The position numbers were made by a program, and so were the translations under genes. This document shows, in pieces, positions 1-8,305 of a stretch of 64,000 nucleotides of DNA. The notes below the pieces were generated by a model, which ran no database searches, had not been told where the DNA came from, and saw only the letters and a list, made by a program, of their open reading frames with translations. Source of the stretch: an uncultured Staphylococcaceae bacterium (lineage in GTDB: Bacteria > Bacillota_I > Bacilli_A > RFN20 > CAG-826); contig CAYPGR010000004.1 in NCBI GenBank assembly GCA_964410505.1, forward strand, positions 20,576 through 84,575, in the 5' to 3' direction. The number at the start of each line of letters is the position of its first letter. The first letter of the stretch is position 1.

Positions 1-444
1 GAAAAAACCCAAGTTGGGGCAAAAAAAGATGTGATTGCTTTTCTTGAACAAGCGGGTTATCCAAATTACAATGGCGGTCTAACTGCCGCCGAACTCATCA
101 AACGGCCTAACATTACCCTCAACGACATGATGGCTTTTCTCCCTGAAATTGATTTTTCTATCTTAAATCCAAACGATCTTTTTCAACTTGAAACCGATAT
201 CAAATATGAAGGCTACATTGCCAAACAACAACAGGAAGCAAAACGACTTCATAAGCTTGAAGAAGTCGCCATTCCTGAATCATTTATTTATGAACATCTT
301 GATGGATTACGGATTGAAGCCCGGCAAAAGCTGGCTAAAGTCAAGCCATTAACGATTGGCCAAGCAAAGCGAATTAGTGGTGTTAATCCAAACGATATTA
401 TTATTTTGATGACTTATTTACGCCGGTATAAAGAAAATGCCTAA
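1..444 (+). CDS. mnmG: tRNA uridine-5-carboxymethylaminomethyl modification enzyme MnmG (GidA), C-terminal part; 5' end lies upstream of the window
   Basis: Frame 1 is open from nt 1 with no stop. The C-terminal MnmG-like sequence is present (...KYEGYIAKQQQEAKRL...GQAKRISGVNPNDI...). It is followed by rsmG-parA-parB as in origin-proximal operons. Confidence 0.8.
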   Translation, partial: EKTQVGAKKDVIAFLEQAGYPNYNGGLTAAELIKRPNITLNDMMAFLPEIDFSILNPNDLFQLETDIKYEGYIAKQQQEAKRLHKLEEVAIPESFIYEHLDGLRIEARQKLAKVKPLTIGQAKRISGVNPNDIIILMTYLRRYKENA

Positions 445-1138
445 TCTTCTTTTAACTTATTTAAATGAACATTTTGGTGAAGATTTAGCCAAAAGTCTTT
501 TTCCTCAATTCCAACGCTATGCGCAACTTCTCGAAGCACAGAGTAAAATCCATAATTTAACGGCCATCGCACCTGAAGAATATGATGAAAAACATTTTCT
601 TGATTCGCTTCTTTTGATGGAGACTTACCCTTTTCAAGATGAAAAAATAATCGATGTCGGTACTGGCGCCGGATTTCCGGGGCTTGTTTTGGCGATTGCG
701 TTTCCAAAGCTTTACGTCACGCTTCTTGAGCCTACTCGCAAACGGTGCGACTTCCTTACGATTGTGGTGGAAGAGTTAAAACTAAGTAATGTAACAATTG
801 TTAATGAACGGGCGGAAGATTATGTAAAACAGGCGCGTGAGACCTTTGATTTAGCAACGTCAAGAGCGGTTGCCAATTTATCGATTATCCTCGAATTAAG
901 TACACCACTTGTTAAAAAAGGGGGCAGTGTCCTTGTCATGAAGGGTAAAAACTTCCATGAAGAACTTCAAGAGGCGCAACATGCCATTAGCGTCCTGAAG
1001 TTAGAACAATCAACAACAAAGATGCATCATCTGCCAACTGACGAATCGATGCGGGTGAATGCAAGGTTTATAAAAAAAGAGATCACAAACATGAAATATC
1101 CTCGGGCCTACGGTCAAATAAAGAAGAACCCATTATAG
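437..1138 (+). CDS. rsmG: 16S rRNA m7G527 methyltransferase RsmG (GidB)
   Basis: 233 aa with the SAM-methyltransferase glycine motif DVGTGAGFPGL. The start overlaps the mnmG stop by 8 nt, the classic gidA-gidB coupling. Confidence 0.8.
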   Translation: MPNLLLTYLNEHFGEDLAKSLFPQFQRYAQLLEAQSKIHNLTAIAPEEYDEKHFLDSLLLMETYPFQDEKIIDVGTGAGFPGLVLAIAFPKLYVTLLEPTRKRCDFLTIVVEELKLSNVTIVNERAEDYVKQARETFDLATSRAVANLSIILELSTPLVKKGGSVLVMKGKNFHEELQEAQHAISVLKLEQSTTKMHHLPTDESMRVNARFIKKEITNMKYPRAYGQIKKNPL

Positions 1139-1170
1139 GGTTTTTTTGTTATAATGTACGGGAGTAAAAT

Positions 1171-1950
1171 ATGACCAAAATTATTGCAATTGCTAACCAA
1201 AAAGGTGGTGTTGGAAAAACAACGACTGCTATTAATCTGAGTGCCTCTTTTGCGCACTTTGGTCGTAAGGTTTTGCTCATCGATATGGACCCGCAAGGTA
1301 ATTCGAGTCGCGGTCTAGGTCTTGATCCAACAAATGTTAAATATACGATCTACCATAATTTCTTTAAGGGAATCAATATTAACAAAACCATTTATAAAAC
1401 CCCCCTTAAAAATTTAGATGTCATTGGTGCCAATTTATTGCTCGCCCGTACGGATGTCGAAATCACAACTATTCCGCAACACCCTTTTACGGTATTGAAA
1501 TCAAAAATTAAAGAACTTGATCGCAGTTATGATTATATCTTTATTGATTGCCCACCATCGCTTGGCCTTTTAAGTACGAATGCGCTGGTGGCGGCCAATA
1601 GTGTCATCATTCCTGTTCAATGTGAGTATTTTGCCTTAGAAGCCGTCGCGCAAGTTTTAGCCACCATTAAACAAGTCCAAACGTCCCATAACGATCATCT
1701 GAAAATTGAAGGGTTTTTACTCACAATGTACGATGAACGGACCCGGCTAGGGATTGAAATTAGCCAACAAATCAGAGGTTTATTTAAAGAATCGACCTTT
1801 ATGACACCGATTCCTCGGAATATTGCCCTCGCAGAAGCGAGCGCAAAAATGCTCCCGACGATTCTTTACAAACCAAGTTCAAAAGGTTCACTAGCCTATT
1901 TAAATGTTGCTAAGGAAATTATTGAAAATGAAGAAAGAATCGAAGAATAA
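1171..1950 (+). CDS. parA: Chromosome partitioning ATPase ParA/Soj
   Basis: Deviant Walker [18 protein letters not shown] and a full ParA/MinD-family body of 259 aa. Confidence 0.9.
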   Translation: MTKIIAIANQKGGVGKTTTAINLSASFAHFGRKVLLIDMDPQGNSSRGLGLDPTNVKYTIYHNFFKGININKTIYKTPLKNLDVIGANLLLARTDVEITTIPQHPFTVLKSKIKELDRSYDYIFIDCPPSLGLLSTNALVAANSVIIPVQCEYFALEAVAQVLATIKQVQTSHNDHLKIEGFLLTMYDERTRLGIEISQQIRGLFKESTFMTPIPRNIALAEASAKMLPTILYKPSSKGSLAYLNVAKEIIENEERIEE

Positions 1951-2734
1951 ATTACTTAACGAACATTTAAGTTCCCTTATTTCCAAATATTCTCAAAGTA
2001 ATGTTTTGGATGAACTGGCTAAAGCACATGGCAATTTACCTATTCAAGCGTTGAAAATAGAAGAAATTCTTGACAATCAATTTGTTAAAAAAGTGACTTT
2101 GCCCCCATTTAAACTTAAAATATTTATTGAAAACTACCAACATAATATTTTATTAGAACCACTCGTCGTAAGAGCTAAAGGCGATAAATATGAAGTCATT
2201 ATTGGCCGAAAACGATTAGCGGCTGCCCGTCTTGCGAAACTACCGGAAATTCCGGTTATTATCATGAATTACAATGATGAAGAAACACTTCTCATTCTTT
2301 TGGCAAAAGTAAGAGATGCCCAAGGAAGTGGTGTCCTGGAATTAGCCTACATCTTTGATCACCTACACAAACAATATGGTTATTCACACCAAAGCCTAGC
2401 TAAGTTAGCGATGACGAGTCGGTCGCAAGTGACTAATATACTGCGTCTTTTAAAACTAAGTCAACCGCTTTTAAAGGCCCTCAATTATGAAGAACTCTCA
2501 TTTGGTCATGCGCGGGCATTAATTACAGTCTCGGAAGAAAATGCCCTTAGTTATTTAAGACTCATTACTGAAAATAAACTTTCGGTTCGCGAGATAGAAA
2601 CCCTCCTTAAAGCGCCCAATGAATTGGGTGTGACAGATCAAGAATACTTCTATATCAAACATAAAAACAAAGTGACGATTATCTTCAAGGACGAAATGAT
2701 GGCAAATCAATTTATCCAAAAAAAACTCAAATAA
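1904..2734 (+). CDS. parB: Chromosome partitioning protein ParB/Spo0J (alternative start at 1928)
   Basis: Overlaps the parA 3' end. ParB box region [13 protein letters not shown] and an HTH region are present. Length is 268-276 aa. Confidence 0.8.
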   Translation: MLLRKLLKMKKESKNKLLNEHLSSLISKYSQSNVLDELAKAHGNLPIQALKIEEILDNQFVKKVTLPPFKLKIFIENYQHNILLEPLVVRAKGDKYEVIIGRKRLAAARLAKLPEIPVIIMNYNDEETLLILLAKVRDAQGSGVLELAYIFDHLHKQYGYSHQSLAKLAMTSRSQVTNILRLLKLSQPLLKALNYEELSFGHARALITVSEENALSYLRLITENKLSVREIETLLKAPNELGVTDQEYFYIKHKNKVTIIFKDEMMANQFIQKKLK

Positions 2735-2743
2735 TTATATATG

Positions 2744-2772
2744 TTGAAAAAAATACCGATTACGATTATAAT
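2744..2772 (+). promoter_or_regulatory. Sigma-A-type promoter for the FMN riboswitch-ribU transcript
   Basis: TTGAAA-17 nt-TATAAT sits directly upstream of the riboswitch. Confidence 0.4.
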
Positions 2773-2778
2773 GGAATT

Positions 2779-2885
2779 ACTTCAGGGCGGGGTGTAAGTC
2801 CCCACCGGCGGTATACCCCGCGAGCGCAAGCTGAACTAGTGAGATTCTAGTGGCGACAGTTATAGTCTGGATGGGAGAAGACCTT
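2779..2885 (+). promoter_or_regulatory. FMN riboswitch (RFN element)
   Basis: Near-identical to the conserved RFN cores: ...CAGGGCGGGGTGTAAGTCCCCACCGGCGGTA... and ...GCGACAGTTATAGTCTGGATGGGAGAAGA... match the B. subtilis ribD leader motifs GGGTGAAATTCCCGACCGGCGGTA and CCGACAGTGAAAGTCTGGATGGGAGAAGG. The downstream CCTTTC.../GAAAAGG helix can sequester the SD AAAGGGGG of ribU. Confidence 0.8.
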
Positions 2886-2918
2886 TCTTTATAGGCGCTC
2901 TGAAAAGGGGGCCTTTTT

Positions 2919-3554
2919 ATGAACAAAAATGTATTAGAACAATCACCAATTGAATCCAAGGAAAAAGAACCGATTTCACGGCGCCAATCTAAGAGAAGAC
3001 AAACTACCATTATTGTTGGGACAGCTATCTTTGCGGCGATTTCCGTTTTACTATATATTGCCAAAGTACCGCCCTTTATTTTTCCAATTTTCCCACCTCC
3101 ATTTGATTTTTTAGAAATCAATTTTAGTGAAGTGCCAGCAATGATTGCCGGCTTTGCGTATGGACCACTAAGTGGATTCATGGTGTTAGTTATTCGCTTT
3201 CTTGTTAAATTACCTTTAACTTCGACTGCCATGATTGGTGAAGTAGCCGATATTATTTATTCATCGAGTTTCGTCTTAACAGCAACGATTATCTATAAAT
3301 ATCGGCGGACCTTTAAGGGGGTTTTATTAGGATTAAGTATCGCCTTTTTCGTTCAAGTGATCGTGAGTGCGGCCGCAAACTACTTTGTGATTTATGATAT
3401 GTATAATGTGCTATTTGGTGGCCACCTCCCATTTAATGCCAAACAATTTATTGTTTATGTAATCCCCTTTAACATGATTAAAAACTTAATTATTGCGACG
3501 TTGACGCTTCTCGTATATAAGCGGATTTCTAAATTTATTAGAGGTTTCTATTAA
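2919..3554 (+). CDS. ribU: ECF-transporter substrate-specific (S) component, probable riboflavin transporter RibU
   Basis: 211-aa polytopic membrane protein (~5-6 TM) with no ATPase or T component nearby. It lies directly behind an FMN riboswitch, the classic ribU arrangement. Confidence 0.7.
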   Translation: MNKNVLEQSPIESKEKEPISRRQSKRRQTTIIVGTAIFAAISVLLYIAKVPPFIFPIFPPPFDFLEINFSEVPAMIAGFAYGPLSGFMVLVIRFLVKLPLTSTAMIGEVADIIYSSSFVLTATIIYKYRRTFKGVLLGLSIAFFVQVIVSAAANYFVIYDMYNVLFGGHLPFNAKQFIVYVIPFNMIKNLIIATLTLLVYKRISKFIRGFY

Positions 3555-3592
3555 AAGAAAAACGCTAGCGACTTGCTAGCGTTTTCTTTTTC
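3555..3592. terminator. Bidirectional rho-independent terminator between ribU (+) and fer (-)
   Basis: Perfect stem ACGCTAGC-gactt-GCTAGCGT flanked by A-run and T-run. Confidence 0.6.
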
Positions 3593-3607
3593 AAATGGTT
3601 GATAAGT

Positions 3608-3802
3608 TTATTCAACTTTGATCGCGCCGGTTGGGCATGATGCTTCCGCTTCAAGGGCGGCATCGACTAGATCGGCAGGAACAGTATCTGTAAGCGTCTT
3701 CATTTTTCCGTCATCATCCCAATCAAATACTTGTGGGCAAATGGAATTGCAAACACCGCAGCTAATGCATAAATCTTTATCAAGTGTAACTTTACGTGGC
3801 AT
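3608..3802 (-). CDS. fer: Ferredoxin, single 4Fe-4S cluster (Bacillus Fer-like)
   Basis: MPRKVTLDKDLCISCGVCNSICP...ASCPTGAIKVE. AGGAGG lies 7 nt upstream of the ATG at 3802. The longer 81-aa ORF version lacks an RBS. Confidence 0.75.
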   Translation of the reverse strand: MPRKVTLDKDLCISCGVCNSICPQVFDWDDDGKMKTLTDTVPADLVDAALEAEASCPTGAIKVE

Positions 3803-3928
3803 GTTAAACCTCCTAATATAAGTAATTATAACCATTTGAACGGGGCAATTCAATTCATATTAGAAAGAGAATAATTCTAAAGGGTTACCCGAGTAATTTG
3901 TGCTTATTTATATTATTATAAATAGAGT

Positions 3929-4243
3929 ATGGCACGGAAAGAACAAATGCAAACCCGAGTTGATTATTGGCGTGATTATCGGCAAACGATAAAAACGAGT
4001 TTTGCCCGTTCCCAAAAGCCAGAAAAAAAGCCTAAAGTCGTGCAAAAACCGGTCCTTGTGGAAGAAGAAAAAAAGCCTTCGGTTATGCGTGCGGAAGCTT
4101 TACTTAACGAATATGAAAAGAAGAGTGGTGTTGAAGAAGAATCAAAAAGAGAACCAAACGGGTTACTCTTTGGTCTTGCAATCGTGGTGCTTCTTTTAAT
4201 TATCGCCGGTGTAATATTCATGATTTGGAGGTATCAATTATGA
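3929..4243 (+). CDS. Hypothetical small protein, Lys/Glu-rich with C-terminal membrane anchor
   Basis: 104-aa ORF with a C-terminal TM (LLFGLAIVVLLLIIAGVIFMIW). It occupies the position of small ypf genes upstream of cmk in Bacillus. Confidence 0.4.
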   Translation: MARKEQMQTRVDYWRDYRQTIKTSFARSQKPEKKPKVVQKPVLVEEEKKPSVMRAEALLNEYEKKSGVEEESKREPNGLLFGLAIVVLLLIIAGVIFMIWRYQL

Positions 4244-4908
4244 AAAATATAGCCATTGCCATCGATGGTCCTGCCGCAGCAGGAAAATCGACTATTGCCA
4301 AAAAAGTAGCCGCTCATTTTAATTTTGTTTATATCGATACGGGAGCGATGTATCGGGCCTTTACGTGGTATGTTTTAGAAAAAGGACTCGATCCTAAAGA
4401 TGAAAATCTCGCAAATTCAGTCATCTCAGAAGTGCACATTCGCCTTTCAAGTGATGGCAAAGTTTTTGTTAATGGGATGGATGTTTCTAAAGCCATTCGC
4501 GAACCACGGGTATCAGGTAATGTTAGTTACATTGCTTCTTATCCAAAGGTCCGCATTTTCTTAACTGAACAACAACGAGAACTTGCGAAAGAGGTCAGTG
4601 TGGTGATGGATGGCCGTGATATCGGCACCTTCGTTTTACCGCATGCGGATGTCAAAATATTTCAAACCGCTTCAGTCGCTATCCGGGCGAAGCGTCGCTT
4701 TTTGGAAAATGAACAAAAAGGAATTAAAACGAGCCTTGAAGAAATCGAAAAAGAACTTGCTATGCGGGATCATATTGATTCGACGCGGGCGATGGCCCCT
4801 CTTCGTCAAGCAGAAGATGCCATTATTTTAGATACCGATTATCTATCGATTGATGAGGTTGTTGATGTCATCATCAAAATTGTAAATAACAAGATTGGAG
4901 TCAGATAA
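4240..4908 (+). CDS. cmk: Cytidylate kinase
   Basis: P-loop IAIDGPAAAGKST. GGAGG lies 8 nt upstream of the ATG at 4240. Full-length Cmk. Confidence 0.9.
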   Translation: MKNIAIAIDGPAAAGKSTIAKKVAAHFNFVYIDTGAMYRAFTWYVLEKGLDPKDENLANSVISEVHIRLSSDGKVFVNGMDVSKAIREPRVSGNVSYIASYPKVRIFLTEQQRELAKEVSVVMDGRDIGTFVLPHADVKIFQTASVAIRAKRRFLENEQKGIKTSLEEIEKELAMRDHIDSTRAMAPLRQAEDAIILDTDYLSIDEVVDVIIKIVNNKIGVR

Positions 4909-6215
4909 TGTCATTACCTGTCGTTGCCATTGTTGGCACACCAAACGTGGGTAAATCCACCATATTTAATCGGATTATCGGGGAACGTCGGTCGATCATC
5001 CATGATGAACGCGGGGTGACACGCGACCGAATTTATGCCGTTGGCGAATGGTTAACCCGTAAATTTAACTTAATTGACACTGGAGGAATAGAACTTGTAA
5101 AAAGTGCTTTCCAACAACAAATACGTGCCCAAGTTGAAATTGCAATTGAAGAAGCGGATGTCATTATTTATATTGGCGATGGCCCATTAGGAGTTACGTC
5201 CGATGATCGGGAAATTGCAAATCTTTTATATCGCGCAAATAAGCCAGTCGTTGTTGCCGTCAATAAAATTGATGGAGCTGAACACCATTACTTAATTCAA
5301 GATTTCTATGCCCTTGGCCTTGGTGAACCAATTGCCATAAGTGGGGCGCATGGGATTGGGATTGGTGATTTACTCGATGAAGTCATTAGAGTTCTACCAG
5401 AACAAACCGATGATTATCACGAAGATGTGACATCTTTTGCGATAATTGGGCAGCCTAATGTTGGCAAGTCAAGTTTAGTCAACGCGATCTTAAATCGCGA
5501 ACGCGTAATTGTGACGAATATTGAGGGCACGACCCGTGATTCGATTGACACACCATTTACACGTAACGGCAAAGACTATGTCGTGATTGACACGGCAGGC
5601 CTAAAAAAGCGTGGGAAGATTTATGAAAGTGTTGATAAATATGCTGCTTTGCGCGCATTTAGTGCGATTTCAAAGGCGGATATTATATTATTCGTTATTG
5701 ATGCGGTTGCTGGGATTAGAGAGCAAGACAAGCATGTGGTTGGCTACGCCATTGAAGAGAGTAAAGCGATTATCATTGTCGTTAATAAATGGGATGCAAT
5801 TGAGAAAAATGATAAAACGATGAATGAATTCACCGATAAGATTCGCAAGGAGTTCAAGTTTCTCGATTATGCGCCGGTTGTCTATGTATCCGCTTTAACA
5901 AAGTTACGCATCGACCAAATTTTTACGCAAATTGATTTTGTGAGTGATGCCTATCGGCGCCGCGTTGAAACAAACTTACTCAATGAAGTGATTCATCGCG
6001 CCCAACTTTATAACGATCCCCCTGTTTTTAATGGGGGCCGCGTAAAAATTTACTACGCTAACCAAGTGAGTATTAAACCGCCTACCTTTGTCTTTTTTGT
6101 TAATAGTCCACAATATGTTCACTTTTCATATCAACGATATTTAGAAAATCAAATTAGAGAAGCGTTTTCCTTTGAAGGAACGCCACTAAAATTTATCTTC
6201 AGGGAGCGTAAATAA
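4908..6215 (+). CDS. der: GTPase Der (EngA), tandem GTP-binding domains
   Basis: Two G domains (GTPNVGKST... and GQPNVGKSS...) plus a KH-like C-terminus, 435 aa. Confidence 0.9.
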   Translation: MSLPVVAIVGTPNVGKSTIFNRIIGERRSIIHDERGVTRDRIYAVGEWLTRKFNLIDTGGIELVKSAFQQQIRAQVEIAIEEADVIIYIGDGPLGVTSDDREIANLLYRANKPVVVAVNKIDGAEHHYLIQDFYALGLGEPIAISGAHGIGIGDLLDEVIRVLPEQTDDYHEDVTSFAIIGQPNVGKSSLVNAILNRERVIVTNIEGTTRDSIDTPFTRNGKDYVVIDTAGLKKRGKIYESVDKYAALRAFSAISKADIILFVIDAVAGIREQDKHVVGYAIEESKAIIIVVNKWDAIEKNDKTMNEFTDKIRKEFKFLDYAPVVYVSALTKLRIDQIFTQIDFVSDAYRRRVETNLLNEVIHRAQLYNDPPVFNGGRVKIYYANQVSIKPPTFVFFVNSPQYVHFSYQRYLENQIREAFSFEGTPLKFIFRERK

Positions 6216-6216
6216 T

Positions 6217-7221
6217 ATGAATGTTACGATTTTCGGGACGGGAACTTGGGGAACCGCCTTAGCCCAAGTGTTAAGCGATAATGGCCATACCCCTTTACTT
6301 TACGGGATTGAACAGTCGCAAGTAGATGATATCAATCTCAATCACCGCAATACTTTCTTTTTTGGTGATGAAGTTGTCCTCCACCAAAGTGTTCAAGCGA
6401 CCACCGATCTTGACCATGCGATGGCCCATAGCAATATTTACCTCTTAAGTGTGCCTTCTTTTGTGATGCGCGGGCTACTTGATCAAATTAGCCAAAAGCT
6501 TAATAAAAAAGTTCTCTTTATTAATACCGCTAAAGGATTTGATATCGAAAAAGAAGAACGTTTAAGCGATCTCATTCGGGAAGAAATCCAGCCATCGTTT
6601 TTACGTGGTGTGGTGTCCCTGATCGGTCCAAGTCATGCCGAGGAAGTGGTCATTCGGCTCCTTACCGTGGTGACCGCAACGAGCCAGGAATTTGATAATG
6701 CAGTACTTGTCCAAGAACTATTTTCTAATGAATATTTCCGGGTTTATACCCAAACTGATGAAATTGGTGCTGAACTTGGGGTGGCCTATAAAAATGCGAT
6801 TGCCATCGCTAGTGGTGTCCTTGCGGGTCTCGGGTATGGAGATAATGCACGGGCCGCACTTATTACACGAGGCCTCGCAGAAATGGTCCGCTTTGGTCTC
6901 CATTATGGCGCTAAACTTGAAACTTACTTGGGGCTCACTGGCTTAGGTGATTTAATTGTCACGTGTAACTCCGTCCATTCTCGGAACTTTCAAGCGGGCT
7001 TTGAAATTGGCAAGGCTAATAACGCTAAAATCTTTTTGGAAACGAACAAGAAGACCGTTGAAGGTATTCGTACCGCCAAAATTATCCACCAACTTTCATT
7101 AAAGAATGGGCTTGAACTTCCGATTGTGAATGGTATCTATAAAGTTCTCTATGAAAACGCTTTACCAAGCGAAATTGTTAAAATGTTAATGTTAAGACCA
7201 CTTCGAAGCGAGGAAAATTAA
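6217..7221 (+). CDS. gpsA: NAD(P)H-dependent glycerol-3-phosphate dehydrogenase
   Basis: N-terminal Rossmann GTGTWGTALA and GpsA-like body, 334 aa. der-gpsA synteny as in Bacillus. Confidence 0.9.
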   Translation: MNVTIFGTGTWGTALAQVLSDNGHTPLLYGIEQSQVDDINLNHRNTFFFGDEVVLHQSVQATTDLDHAMAHSNIYLLSVPSFVMRGLLDQISQKLNKKVLFINTAKGFDIEKEERLSDLIREEIQPSFLRGVVSLIGPSHAEEVVIRLLTVVTATSQEFDNAVLVQELFSNEYFRVYTQTDEIGAELGVAYKNAIAIASGVLAGLGYGDNARAALITRGLAEMVRFGLHYGAKLETYLGLTGLGDLIVTCNSVHSRNFQAGFEIGKANNAKIFLETNKKTVEGIRTAKIIHQLSLKNGLELPIVNGIYKVLYENALPSEIVKMLMLRPLRSEEN

Positions 7222-7282
7222 TTAGTTCTTGCGAATTATCCGAAGATATGATAATTTGTAATTATTAAAGGAGTTGAGAATT

Positions 7283-7558
7283 ATGAATAAAGCAGAATTG
7301 ATTAGCGTTATTGCCGACGAACTTTTATTGACAAAGCGATCGGTGGAAGAAATCATTGGTTTATTTTGTGAAACTGTCGTCGCGACCCTAGAAAAAGGCG
7401 AAGAAGTTAAATTAACTGGATTCGGCACCTTTGAAATTAGAAAACGTAAAGAACGTCGCGGTGTAAGTCCACAAACTGGAGATGAAATTGTCATTCCAGC
7501 GGGCCGTACGATTGTTTTCAAACCATCAAAATTACTCAAAGAAAAAGTCCAAGGCTAA
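7283..7558 (+). CDS. hup: DNA-binding protein HU
   Basis: MNKAELI...GFGTFEIRKRKERRGVSPQTGDEIVIPAGR... with HU arm motifs. AAGGAG RBS. Confidence 0.9.
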   Translation: MNKAELISVIADELLLTKRSVEEIIGLFCETVVATLEKGEEVKLTGFGTFEIRKRKERRGVSPQTGDEIVIPAGRTIVFKPSKLLKEKVQG

Positions 7559-7582
7559 TTAAGTATTGCACTTGGCTTTCAT

Positions 7583-8251
7583 ATGTCGAACCCTCATTCA
7601 AAGCTTTTTGAAGAAATAGCAACCGTTTTTAATAAGCACGGCTTTAAACTCTACATGGTTGGAGGAACAAGCCGTGATTTTCTTTTGGGCGAAGAAATTG
7701 ATGATTACGATTTTGCCACGGACGCGACACCCGATGATATGCGGGCCTTTTTACCGAAGGCTAATTATCGATTTAGCATGTTTGGAACGATAACTTTCAA
7801 AATCCACGGACAAAAGGTGGAAGTGACCACACTTCGTCAAGAAGGTGAATATCGTGATTTACGGCACCCAAGTGCGATTACATTTGTACGTGAACCCGAG
7901 AAAGATTATGTACGACGTGATTTCACCGTTAATGCCCTTTATATTGATGAAAATTATCGGGTACTTGATTTTTGTCAAGGGCTTGATGATTTAAAAAAAC
8001 GCATTTTACGAATGATTGGTGATCCCCAAGTTCGTTTTAAAGAGGATCCGTTACGGATGTATCGGGCTCTTCGTTTTATTGTTAGATTCGGCTTCAAATT
8101 CGATTTAATACTCAATAATGCAATGACTGAAAATGCCGAATTATCTACAAATTTAAATCCAGATAAAATTGCGGGTGAACGAAGAAAAGTGCACCCTGAG
8201 CACCTCGCTAATTATGATGCTTTGTGTCGTTACTATAAGCTTTCTCTATAG
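7583..8251 (+). CDS. CCA-adding/poly(A) polymerase-family nucleotidyltransferase, head-neck only (222 aa); the tRNA-binding body/tail domains are absent
   Basis: Pol-beta NTase head motifs GGTSRDFLLG and DYDFATDA, then neck motif RRDFTVNALY. The ORF stops 55 nt before glmS with no room for a C-terminal half. Confidence 0.6.
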   Translation: MSNPHSKLFEEIATVFNKHGFKLYMVGGTSRDFLLGEEIDDYDFATDATPDDMRAFLPKANYRFSMFGTITFKIHGQKVEVTTLRQEGEYRDLRHPSAITFVREPEKDYVRRDFTVNALYIDENYRVLDFCQGLDDLKKRILRMIGDPQVRFKEDPLRMYRALRFIVRFGFKFDLILNNAMTENAELSTNLNPDKIAGERRKVHPEHLANYDALCRYYKLSL

Positions 8252-8305
8252 TCGAGGGAGTGAAGTCTTTCATTTGTAGTAAAATATATAACAAGAGGTA
8301 CTTTT

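Noticed and set aside
2777-3232. 151-aa minus-strand ORF spanning the FMN riboswitch and the 5' part of ribU
   Set aside because: It is antisense to a conserved riboswitch and to a membrane-protein gene. Composition is low-complexity and it lacks an RBS. It is an artefact of an open antisense frame.
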